A stretch of DNA of 64,000 bases from Macrostomum lignano (Eukaryota), in assembly GCA_002269645.1 (NCBI GenBank), contig NIVC01000090.1, forward strand, positions 62,001 through 126,000, written 5' to 3'. Each line of letters starts with the position of its first letter. The first letter of the stretch is position 1. Both the position numbers and the translations under genes were made by a program. Positions 1-11,226 of the stretch are shown in pieces. The notes beneath the pieces were generated by a model that saw only the letters and a program-made list of their open reading frames with translations, made no database searches and was not told the DNA's origin.

Positions 1-26
1 GGGACCTTTTGGCCGAAAGGCTTCCG

Positions 27-1013
27 TCAGGTCTGCATGTTGATGATGGAGACCTTGGCAGCTGTGTCCACCAACAGCGGAGTGCTGAACCCGTTGATCC
101 TGACGCTGGCTCTCTTGTACTCGCCCTTCTTGTCCGTGCTGACGGCGAAGATGCTTAGCTGAGCGGAGCTGTCAAAGTCGACGCCTTGAATCTTCTTCTG
201 AGCCGAGTGCGGTGCCGCGGTGCTGCTCTTGCACACGCTGGCGAAGTGGTTGAGCTTCCCGCACTTCTTACACGCTTTGCCACGGGCAGCGCAGCGCGGG
301 TCGCTGCCTGTGCGGTGGCCCGGCTTACCGCAGTGCGAGCAGCAGGGCTCCTGCGATGGTCGCGCTGCCTGGCCTCTGGTGCCGATCGGAGCTCTCTTGG
401 CGTTGATCTTCCTGACGCTGTCGTCAGCTGCATTCTTGCCGATCAAGGACTTCTCACTCTGGACAGCTTTTTCCACCTGGGCGGAAATCTGGATTGCTCT
501 ATCCAGGGTGAGCTCTTGCTCTAGCAGGAGGCGTTCGCGCACCTTCGCTGATGAAGTTCCGAAGATCAGCTGGTCCAAGATGAGGTCGTCGTGAAGGCTC
601 TGGAGCTCGCAGTCTCTGGCGGCATAGCGCAAGTTTGCCACGAATGCATGCACGCCTCCGCCGCTCCGCTGGACGCACTTCCGGAAGTGGCGCTTGGCAT
701 ACACGCTGACGGTGGGCTGAAAGTGCTCCTTGAGCAGTTTGCATGCCGTTTCGAGTGTCGCTGGAGCTTCATCTGGAGACTTGATGAGAGTCCGGTAGAC
801 TCGCACTCCTTCCCGCCCGAGGCAGTGCACGAGCAGTGCGATCTTCCTGGCTTCTTGCAAGCCGTCGACTCCTGACGCTAGCAGGTAGGTGTCGAACTCA
901 GCGGCCCAAGTTTCCCACGAAACCACAGGTGTTCCCGGGTTGTCGAGAAATGGAGGCGGTTCTCTGAGGTTTAGTCGTAGCGCTGGCGCTGTGGCGTTGT
1001 CAGAGCTGCTCAT
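27..1013 (-). CDS. Gag (two CCHC zinc knuckles) running into aspartic protease of a Ty3/Gypsy LTR retrotransposon; pol lies beyond the window edge
   Basis: ORF has retrotransposon Gag N-terminus (WETWAAEFDTYLLA...), knuckles CSHCGKPGH..C and CKKCGKLNHFASVC, and protease motif LLVDTAAKVSII. Confidence 0.9.
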   Translation of the reverse strand: MSSSDNATAPALRLNLREPPPFLDNPGTPVVSWETWAAEFDTYLLASGVDGLQEARKIALLVHCLGREGVRVYRTLIKSPDEAPATLETACKLLKEHFQPTVSVYAKRHFRKCVQRSGGGVHAFVANLRYAARDCELQSLHDDLILDQLIFGTSSAKVRERLLLEQELTLDRAIQISAQVEKAVQSEKSLIGKNAADDSVRKINAKRAPIGTRGQAARPSQEPCCSHCGKPGHRTGSDPRCAARGKACKKCGKLNHFASVCKSSTAAPHSAQKKIQGVDFDSSAQLSIFAVSTDKKGEYKRASVRINGFSTPLLVDTAAKVSIINMQT

Positions 1014-1062
1014 TTCTAACTTCGCTGTGCTGAGTTTGCAGAATGTGCTGAGTTTTCGCTAA

Positions 1063-1252
1063 GTCCCTGCTTGCGATGCCAGTGTTGTGGCACCTGTCCA
1101 AATGAATTAAATCAATTCACTTAAGGTGAAGGAGAGGAGAGGTGGCTCTCAGCTACAGTGAGCTAGCCAATATATTGTCTGACTGATACAAGATAGATGT
1201 ACATCGGTGCGCGTACGTTACATGATAGCATTGAGCATGCACATTCACAACA
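1063..1252 (-). mobile_element. 5' LTR (1083-1252, 170 bp) and primer-binding site of the Gypsy element
   Basis: Segment bounded by TGTTGTG...CACAACA inverted termini; on the minus strand followed after 1 nt by TGGCATCGCAAGCAGGGAC (PBS-like, starts TGG), then gag ATG. Confidence 0.8.
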
Positions 1253-1871
1253 ATCTGCCTAAGACACCAAAGATGGCACCTCTACCAACTAACCTATCGA
1301 TCCTAGCAAATACTGTTGCGTCAATAGCAACCAAACGTGACTAGTTGGTCGACCTTAGCAACCAACTCGTGGATAGCAACCAGCTAGAACTAAGCTCAGT
1401 CAAAATCTTGGTTCGCGGTTGGTTTAATCTCCCTGACTTCCTGTTTCAGTGCTGGACGTTCTATCCACTTGGTACAGTGAAATCAAGGACTACAATTTTG
1501 ATCAGCACAACGAGTCGCCGCGCACTTGTAAGAAACCTACTTAAATACTACTTCATTTCAATGAAATGAGTAGCATAGTTTGTTCCCCCATTTTTTCAGC
1601 TTTCTTTACTCAAATGATCTGGGCTTCAACTCGAGTTGCCGGATTCGCCAAAGCAAAGTCGAAGTCCGGCAGAACCTTCATTGTGGCCAGATTTCGACCT
1701 ACGGGCAATTTGGTCGGTGAATATCAGGCAAATGTGTTCCCTCCCATCGGCTAGCAACTGAATGATGCTCAGTGTTTGATAGGGTATTTCGATGTTTAAT
1801 AAACTATTAGACTTTATTGTTAATAAGCCTCAATATATAAAAACTTGTTGTCGAACAAAATTTGCTTTAAA

Positions 1872-2340
1872 TGTGTCTTTAGTTGGGCGCATGTGTCTTT
1901 AATCGGGCGCATGTGTCTTTAATTGGGCACATTTGTCTTTAATTGGGCACATGTGTCTTTAATTGGGCACCTGTGTCTTTAATTGGGCACCTGTGTCTTT
2001 AATCTGGCGCATGTGTCTTAAATCGGTCACATGTGTTTTTAATCGGTCGCATGTGTCTTTAATCGGGCGCATGTGTCTTTACGAGAGTTGGGCGCATGTG
2101 GCTTTAATCGGGCGCATGTGTCTTTAGTTGGGCGCATGTGTCTTTAATTGGGCGCAAGTGTCTTTAATTGGGCACATGTGTCTTTAATTGGACTCCTGTG
2201 TCTTTAATTTGTCACCTGTGTCTTTAATTAGGCACCTGTGTCTTTAATTAGTCACCTGTGTCTTTAATTAGGCACCTGTGTCTTTAATTAGGCACCTGTG
2301 TCTTTAATTAGTCACCTGTGTCTTTAATTAGGCACCTGTA
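1872..2340. repeat. 20-bp minisatellite (ATGTGTCTTTAATTGGGCAC)
   Basis: About 23 tandem units visible. Confidence 0.95.
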
Positions 2341-3069
2341 TCCTTGAGTGGCCACTTGCGATTTTCTGTGGCAACATGCGCAAATCGTGCGAGTTAAATT
2401 GGCGAGCTGGTTACTAAGATAAACGGTTAATATTTTTTAAATAATTAATAGAACTCCAGATGCAGAGAAGAGCATACTGTGCTTTTGCAGGACGCGCTTT
2501 CCTGACCCGAAGGCTCATCTGTCGCTGTCTCAGTCAGTAAGTATAGAAATTTATTTCTGATTGATCCCTTTTCTGGGTGGCTCTCTAGTCCGTGGTTTAG
2601 GTGAAAACGGGCGCTTTTATATTGTACTATTAAATCAAAACCTCAAACCCACCGCGGTAGCTCTTGCAGCGAGTCGCCATCTATACAGAACAATGCGATG
2701 GCAATGTAAGAAGTAATGAATTGTGCGCACGGCCACGAAGGTAGCAATTACTGTCCAATGTGCACTCCATTCACCTTCCTATCAAACTTCGAGCAGTAAT
2801 GCTCTGCTGCGATATTCATTGACTGAAAAGAAAATACAGCGACTGAACATTCCTGCATGAGCATCGTCTCGGCACGACGCGCGCACCGCATGACTAAGAG
2901 AGAGCCGAGAGAGTATCTCTACTCCAAGCGCCTGGCATAAATATAAACTGCTGAGAACAGCTATGCAGAAAGATAGTTCCAACTATTGCAATATTTCTTG
3001 GTTCCAAATAGAGTAAAAACTGAACTTCTCTAGAAAATTTCACTAGAAAACAAGCCAAATACGAGTGTA

Positions 3070-3840
3070 ATGCGTCGTGCAATAAATCTGCTAGTGACAA
3101 TTTTCTCGTGTCTAGTCATTGGCATCCTGAGCGAGAAACTCGACTCCTGCAGGGCCAAATTTCCCGAAGGCTCGCTGGATCTGTCCCCGCTAGATGGTTT
3201 GGTTAATGACACCAAAGGTGAGCCGAAATTTATCAACTTTGCCCAGGTGTCAATCGCCGGTGTCTTGTACTTTCTGAGTTATAATCCCTGCTCGGGTTTC
3301 GGCTGCGTCGGCGACAACTCGGCGGCGATCTGCGCAAAGGATGCATACAAAATTGGGCTTAAATACGACGTGGCTAGCCAGATTGACAATGATATTTACC
3401 TGGAGAATGGCACTGTTCAGATTCGGTACACAAGCGTCGACAAAAGTCAGAGTAAATATTTCGTCACCATAGTAACGCTAGTCTGCATTCTTAATAGTCA
3501 AACTCGCGTTAATTCGTCGTTTATCGACAAGGTCAATTTGACGTTGGAAAATCGGCTGACATTCCGGCTGCATTCGGTGCACAGCTGCCTGACTAATAAA
3601 ACATCTAGTGGCTGGAGTCCCGGCGATGTACTTCTGCTGATTGTAGGCCTCATGCTGCTTATGTATTTCTTCGGCTTTCTGCTGTTTAATGCGTTCGTGC
3701 AGAAACGAACTGGACTGGACGTATTGCCGCATCGGCACGCCTGGATCTACCTGGCTCTGCTAATCAAGGACGGATTCAGCTTCACTATTGGCGCCGTGCG
3801 GAGAAAATTCTGCAAGAGACACGAATACTCGGAGATTTGA
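3070..3840 (+). CDS. Cation-dependent mannose-6-phosphate receptor / ATG27-like type I membrane protein, single coding exon
   Basis: Signal peptide, Cys-containing MRH-like ectodomain (C...DLSPL, YNPC), TM helix, tail ...G.DVLPH..W......DGF..T and C-terminal YSEI sorting motif. Confidence 0.85.
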   Translation: MRRAINLLVTIFSCLVIGILSEKLDSCRAKFPEGSLDLSPLDGLVNDTKGEPKFINFAQVSIAGVLYFLSYNPCSGFGCVGDNSAAICAKDAYKIGLKYDVASQIDNDIYLENGTVQIRYTSVDKSQSKYFVTIVTLVCILNSQTRVNSSFIDKVNLTLENRLTFRLHSVHSCLTNKTSSGWSPGDVLLLIVGLMLLMYFFGFLLFNAFVQKRTGLDVLPHRHAWIYLALLIKDGFSFTIGAVRRKFCKRHEYSEI

Positions 3841-4227
3841 ACTGTGGATAGGTGACCGAGCTCTTACGATGTTCATGCAACTGCTCGGCATTTTAGAGCC
3901 ATTTCCGTAATTTTAATATGCCATTTACTATGCCCTAATCTCCGTCCAGATCCTTGACTCTGCATCACCGCTCCCCTAGTTGACAATCTTACAAACTGAC
4001 TTGTCAGATCTGATTTCTCTTGAATAGTCTTATTAAATCTTCTCAGATCTGTTCAAAAAATGTAAGTGACAGATAAAAATCTATGATTAGTATGTTTTGT
4101 ATGCAAACAATATTTTCCTGCTTTAAAGGTCGAAAAAGCTTTTATAATGTGATAATTTAATTCACTAATTCACAGTTTAGTTGATCTAACAGATTTCGCA
4201 AGGTGATGCAAGTTGCGATTGCATATG

Positions 4228-4820
4228 TATTTCTCCACATCCAATTGACTCTGCATCACCACTCTTTCTCCAGATCCAATTGACTCTGCATCACCGCTCT
4301 TTCTCCACATCCAATTGACTCTGCATCACCGCTCTTTCTCCACATCCTTGACTCTGCATCACCGCTCTTTCTCCAGATCCAATTGACTCTGCATCACCGC
4401 TCTTTCTCCACATCCATAACTCTGCATCACCGCTCTTTCTCCAGATCCAATTGACTCTGCATCACCGCTCTTTCTCCACATCCTTGACTCTGCATCACCG
4501 CTCTTTCTCCAGATCCAATTGACTCTGCATCACCACTCTTTCTCCACATCCTTGACTCTGCATCACCGCTCTTTCTCCAGATCCAATTGACTCTGCATCA
4601 CCGCTCTTTCTCCAGATCCAATTGACTCTGCATCACCGCTCTCTCTCCAGATCCAATTGACTCTGCATCACCGCTCTTTCTCCAGATCCAATTGACTCTG
4701 CATCACCGCTCTCTCTCCAGATCCAATTCACTCTGCATCACCGCTCTCTCTCCAGATCCAATTGACTCTGCATCACCGCTCTTTCTCCAGATAATTGACT
4801 CTGCATCACCGCTCTCTGCA
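4228..4820. repeat. 35-bp minisatellite (CTCCAGATCCAATTGACTCTGCATCACCGCTCTTT)
   Basis: About 17 tandem units; one isolated unit near 3945-3975. Confidence 0.95.
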
Positions 4821-7800
4821 TCATGCACTCCTGCATGATCCTTGACTCTGCCTAAATATAAATACAAGAAGTAAGTTGTGAATGCCAGTAAGTAAAGTAT
4901 TCAGTTGAACGCGTTGCAAAATAAAATGACACGATGTTATATTTTTCAAAAGCTGTATTAATTAACTGAAAATGATGTTACTGATGTTGTCTTCTCGATC
5001 CATTTATACTTGACCAGAGGTGAACTTTTTGGAGCTTCTGTGACTTTATCAAACCAATTAAATTCTAGAACTGTATAGTATCTTGCAAAATAAAAAAGTA
5101 TTACATGTACTATATATTGTGTTTTGGTTTCAACCAAACATGTGTTTTTAGTTTTTCTCATGTCTTTAGGAGTCCAGAAAGATATAAGATTTTTTTCAAG
5201 CGGGGAAATTGCGTGCCGTGCCCTTCGAAATTAATCAATAGGCTGGCAAAATTATAGTCCCCTCCTGTACAGTGCTTGATATCTTGTAAAACCGAAGTAG
5301 CATACGATCCATGTACACGATCGTACATACTGATGTACATGTACAGTTGATTGTTATGTTAAAATTATCAGCCTTCAGCTGACGTAATTTGCCAGCCGAC
5401 GTTTGCCAGCCGACGTTGCCAGCCGATCGACGTTCACCTAGACCACAGAAACTAGAATACTATATAGATGGGCCACTTCAGCACATTTGCGTGTAAACTA
5501 CTTTCAGTTCAGTAGTAAGTTAACATGCAAAAGCATTTTTATGTATTTTAAAGCTACAAGACTCATTTATTGGCTCTTACCCTCTAGCTTAAAACCTCCA
5601 ACTGCGCTTTTCAGTTTCCACAATATTTTATAAAATAGCCCGTATTATTCTTTGCTACGGACTGAAAGTAGAAAACTTGTTTGTTTTGCTAAGATGCCTG
5701 AGTGGCAGATCTACTTATTTTAGTAGTGAATTATATTAAATTAGATTAGAAGCTTAGATTTGGGCTCTACATTCAATTTTACAGCTCAACCCAGCTAGAA
5801 CTTGTCGTTATTCTTCGTTGCTGGTAGTGATTTTGATTATATCACCCCTTCGCATTGAGGCTCTTCACGGCAATCGATTCCAGAACCAGAATCGGTTCGG
5901 ATTTCCAAGAAAAAAAGCAGTACAACTTTTTAACTTTGTTGAATGTTTGACTGCCTTAACAGCCTCACTCTGCACAATTTTTCACTTTCTTCTTGGCTAT
6001 TGCCATCCAATAATCACAATTTTAAAGCACTAAAATCCCTCTAGTTTAGGAGACAAAAAGTTATACTTTACAAATTGGTTCTGGTTCTAGAACCAGAACA
6101 AGCAATATGAAGAGCCTCATTGTCTAACAGGGATCGGACGAGCGGAATCGTACACGTGCGTTAAGCCGATCGATCTTCTGACTCTTGGGGTCCTGGCTCC
6201 CGTCGGTGTCCCCCCTGTGTAAAAGGGCAATCTTGTGGAATTGTTGGTCTTGTGTTTGCGAAGTTTACATTTACCATGTAATCTTAAATTGCTTAGGACT
6301 ATGCCTTCTGCCTAAAATTTAGTTAGATTTTTTTGCCTTATATAGTAGTTAGGCCTATGGATGGTCTTATGATAAGACTCTTATCAAGTTATCATATGGA
6401 TTGAATGGTTTGAAATTTGTCTTCATCTCATTCAGACAGTTAGAAAATGTACCACTAGGATATATAGATAGGGCAGGTTGAGTAGGGCCTAATGCCAGTG
6501 ACAGTGTTGCATTCATGAATGGCCTAGTATTCATTTAGGTTTGATTTATTTAACAGCTTGCATGCATGGCAGCCGTCCACTCCACAGTCTACCCAGTGTT
6601 TAAATTTCATGCATGGCAGCTGTATCTTAACTTATTATATAGGGCCTAATATGTCATATACTGTTTGAATTATTGATATTTAAAAATTAACAAATATAAC
6701 TATGAATTGAAATTACAAGTAATAAGTTATTAAATAAGTTCAGTCAGTAGCAACATGCAGATTTGAGGAAAAGGATCCAATTTGCAATTCACTATATTGC
6801 CAATCTGCTGGCTGCCATGCACACAATTAAAAACACTAAATGGATGCCAGATAGTTGCTGTGCACACAATTAAAATACTAGGCCTAGGTAGACAGTTGCA
6901 ATGTCTACAATTTAAACATTGCTATATAGATAGATAGAGCTGCTATGCATGCAATTTAAACACTGGGTAGATAGCTAGGGGCCTACCATGCATACAAGCT
7001 TTCTGTTTAGGCTATTTAATTACCATTAGCCAGAGCTAGCAGGGGTAGATCTAGAGGGGGCCAAGGGCAAAGGCTATACTTTTTTGGCCTGTAAATAATT
7101 TATGCCAAGTCCTTTTTTAATATTGGATTGTAGTATTTGACTGCTTAGTGTAGCTTGTTCCCCCCTTAAAATTTTTCTTAATCTATGCTTGAAGCTTAAT
7201 AAAATTAACTAGGCCTAAGTCAATGGGCCCCCTATTTATATTGTATTTATAGGCCTAATTAGCTCCTATCTTCTGTCTATAATTGTATAAATCTAATAGC
7301 TTTGCTTTTGTTAATTTGTTTATTAAGTTCAGCATTTTTTGTAAGATAGCAAATCTTTTAATTGGCTTATTTTTTTGTATATTAACATGTATACCAAATG
7401 TCTTAAGTATAGGCCTACCCTATAAATTTCTAATATACATGCCTTCTTCTTCTAGACTATGAATTATACCTAGTGTTTATATAAGCAATAATTGTTCAAT
7501 GTTTGCTTGTTTAAAATAAGTGCTTGCCTTATATAGACAAGAATTAAAAAAAGAAATTATGAATTTTAGCTATAGATGAATAAATGCTAGAAATATTTTT
7601 TAAAGTTTTAGTCTATTAGTATTTTAGTTTTATAATTTTTTAATCTTAATAAAAAATAGGCCTATACAGTTTTTAGACTATAATAAAATTTTCAGTAATA
7701 TATACAAGTATGTATATACTTCAAAAAAAATATTAAAAAGTTAGAATAGAACTTAAACTAAATGATATATAGCTTAGAAAAAACAATATTCCAGGTTTTA

Positions 7801-8438
7801 GGATATACTAAAATATAAAAAATAATATAGCAGACTATGCCACTAATCATGTTAAGTTGATATATCAACTATCAATAAGTCTGCAATATGTTTTTTAAGT
7901 TTCTAATATAGTTTTCATAGTTTTATCTTTTTTGTACTTTATTATAGTTTTTTGATATTATTGCTAGGTCTTAGGCAATATCTAGTATTTGCATCTACTA
8001 CTCTGCAACAGTTTAAAGTGCATTGCACAGCCTTAAGCAGAGGCTAGTGAAAAGAAAAAACTTAAGAAGAGTAGTTATAGTTAGAATTGGATTAAAGCTT
8101 CCACTTATTGACCAATAGTTTTAAGATAGAAACTTTAATATGTTGTTGATTAAGAAAGCTAGATACTTGTATCATTTTAACATCTTAAGTCCTATTTTAA
8201 AATCAAAATAATGTGCCAAAAAAGAAGTTGTATGTCATGTTTATAAGTAGCAGGTTGGACAAGATCACATATTTAGTACAAGCAAGCACACAATTCCACT
8301 ATAATGGAATTGTAATCATAATCTACCTCATTATTAATTTTGGTGATCTCAATTGATGGTTTGACACTTGGCTTCGAGTGCTTAAATGTCTAGGCCACTT
8401 TTAGTTCATAACTACAACTACAACTACTTCATATACTA

Positions 8439-9078
8439 TTGGTTTTTGCATGCTAAGTGAGACATTTTTCAAGCAATCTGAGACTGAATAGCAAAAACAC
8501 TATTGTCTATGGCCACCCCTCGCTGCAGCCCAGCTTTTTGGGCACGCCTTGCAAGTATTTTTTAGCAAGTAGCTAAGTGAGAACCATATTGAAAACAAAG
8601 GGGTGGTTTTACGAAATTACAAAATGATGTACTGTCAGAAACTATATATTTAGAAAAGGGTATGCAGGAACACAACAAAACAAGCGGTACAAAATTGTTG
8701 ATAATGTCATAAGTGTTCAAATAAAGGGTTGCATGTTGATACACTGAGCAAACTTTCGCTGCGTAGCAACTCCATATCCAATAGGCCGTCTTCTTGTTCA
8801 GATTAAGGATTTTGGACGCAGTCGAAATTGAGTAACCATCTTTGACGGCATTGACCAGGCGCTCTCTATCCTTGTTGCTTGTTAGACGCAGTTGATTTGC
8901 CATAGCCCAGCCTTTGTTTTCAATATGGTTCTCACTTAGCTTTAAAAAATTTCTCACTTTGCTTGCAAGGCGATTCCAAAAAGCTGGGCTGCAGCGAGGG
9001 GTGGCCATAGACAATAGTGTTTTTGCTATTCAGTCTCAGATTGCTTGAAAAATGTCTCACTTAGCATGCAAAAACCAA
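8439..9078 (-). mobile_element. Internally deleted IS630/Tc1/mariner-type DNA transposon with long TIRs
   Basis: About 102-bp identical TIRs (TTGGTTTTTGCATGCTAAG...) extending imperfectly to ~165 bp, TA on both flanks (8437-38, 9079-80); ATG at 8903 opens an HTH-like peptide (SNKDRERLVNAVKDGYSISTASKILNLNKKTAYWI); no DDE domain. Confidence 0.8.
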
Positions 9079-9367
9079 TACTGCTTTAGTTAGAAAATAG
9101 ACAGGTTGGACCATAGAATAACACGCAGATTCCTGACTTAAAAACTTCACTGCGAGACCAGCACATCCGAAATTAAGTTTTGTCAAAGACAGAGAGCCAG
9201 CATAATCTAGTTGTCAGAAATTTGTGCATTGTCTATGGCCCAACCTGTTTTAATTCTATATAGGCTTTCAACCTTAGTTGTACGCTTTTAAGTTGTATTC
9301 CAGGACTAAAGGCTAAAATTCCTATTCCTGCTAGGTAGAAATTAATCGAAGTTAAAAAGAAAACAAG

Positions 9368-9802
9368 ATGGCAACAAATCCAAATCCTTCCCTCAATGTG
9401 GAACTCGACGAAGAGGCCAAACTGCGCCAGAAATATCCCAACCTGAGTCGCAAAGGCATTGGAGCCGCGGCTCTACAAAAACGGCTCAGCGGTAAAGGTC
9501 CGAAGTACTTTGATAGCGGAGATTATAACATGGCTAGAGCTAAGATTTCTAATCAGCATCAGGCAGCGGAAGTTGAAGTGGATGCCATGGCCAATAATGA
9601 TGCAACAGACTCTGCTCCGGTAGCCGAGGTGCGTCTTCTAGAAGAAGTGACTGGCGACACAATTCCAACGCCGGATAATATTCCTGTGCCAACTGGGCGA
9701 AAGAGATCGCTGACGTCTGGGAATTTGGATCTGCCGCATCAGTTTACTCATCCAGATGCTACGGTTGTGCAGCAGCATCAGCAGCACCAGCAGCAGGCTT
9801 AA
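9368..9802 (+). CDS. ENSA: Alpha-endosulfine / ARPP-19 family PP2A-B55 inhibitor
   Basis: EEAKL..KYP..L and KYFDSGDYNMA motif with the Greatwall-site Ser. Confidence 0.95.
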   Translation: MATNPNPSLNVELDEEAKLRQKYPNLSRKGIGAAALQKRLSGKGPKYFDSGDYNMARAKISNQHQAAEVEVDAMANNDATDSAPVAEVRLLEEVTGDTIPTPDNIPVPTGRKRSLTSGNLDLPHQFTHPDATVVQQHQQHQQQA

Positions 9803-10121
9803 AAAACTCGTGAACAAAATTGTTTAAACTCACTTTTCAAGAGGTGCTCTGCTCAGAAAAAAAGTACATATGTCTATTGATTTTTAAGGACCGTTTCTCG
9901 CTTGACAGTGTCTTCTAAAATTCACAATCAATCAGATTCTTTGCTTTAACATTTTTGTAGAAATTCGCTATTTCTCCATTGTTTTTTAATTAATTGATTA
10001 ATTGACTCGGATTCTTTCTGACACGCTGCTGCTTCAGAACCAAGATTCTTTTTAATTTTAAGGTTTTTGTTGCGCTAGAATTGAAAAAAAGTTGCTGATT
10101 TTCTGAACTTCCTTATTTTGT

Positions 10122-10415
10122 ACAATGGGGCGGGAGTGAGGTGGGTGTACAATGGGGCCGGGAGTGAGGTGGGTGTACAATGGGGCGGGAGTGAGGTGGG
10201 TGTACAATAGGGCAAGGAGTGAGGGGGTGTGCAATGGGGTAAGGAGTGAAGTCGGTGTACAATAGGGCAAGGAGTGAGGTGGTGTGCAATGGGGTAAGGA
10301 GTGAAGTCGGTGTATAATGAGGCAAGGGAGTGAGGTGGTTGTAAAAAAAAGGCGGGGAGTGAGGTGGGTGTACAATGGGGCAGGGAGTGATGTGGGTGTA
10401 CAATTGGGCAGGGAG
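10122..10415. repeat. ~27-bp G-rich minisatellite (TACAATGGGGCGGGAGTGAGGTGGGTG)
   Basis: About 11 degenerate tandem units. Confidence 0.9.
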
Positions 10416-11226
10416 TAAGGCGAAAGTATAACTGAACAGTTTGCTATTTCTATTAGTAAATCTGCATGTATGGTAAAGCATAGAATTATGTAACTTTAAA
10501 GGTTCTTGTGTCGATGCAAAATGGCATAAGCATATTTAGTCGAGTGTTTTTTTCGAGACAACCGCACGAAATTTGAGAAAATTGATTTTTTATTCTGACA
10601 GGGACGGCATTATTGATATAACATTGTTTGTACTACCCCTGTTTTCTTTGCATTATAAATAACTGTTTGGTGATGTATTGTTGGACCCATTGCTAATTAA
10701 GCTTTATATATTTTGAATATTGATGCCGTTGTATATCCGAGTGTTTTATTCAATAAAAATCTGCTTTCTGCAGCAGTTCTGGCAGACCATCTGTAGTTTA
10801 TCAGTATCGAAGTGCACTACTTGTTAGTAGGCTAAACTGATTATTTAATGTCTTTATATTATTAATTTCTTCCTTTAATCAATAGCCATACTTTTCGTAG
10901 TTTATTAGCTAAAAAACTGAATTATAAACAGAAGGCGTGTTGTCATAAATCGCAGAAGTTAGTCGCAAAGCATTTTTTAAACATTTAATGAGTCTACAAC
11001 ACTGCCACCAATATGACTGCAGACTAAAAATAGTTTAGGGCTGGAGTTTTGGTTTAAGAATTAGAGTTTTAATTAGGGTCGTGGTTTAGGTTAGGCTTTG
11101 TCAATTTGCCCTAGACCCACATAACACAGCACGTATCGAACGGAAAAGGACTAAACAAAGACGAAGAAGACAGACGGAACAAAGACTACCCTAGCTTAAA
11201 TGTGTTGCACACATGTACACGCGAAT

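Noticed and set aside
155-875. Short overlapping and antisense ORFs within gag
   Set aside because: Shadows of a GC-rich coding sequence.
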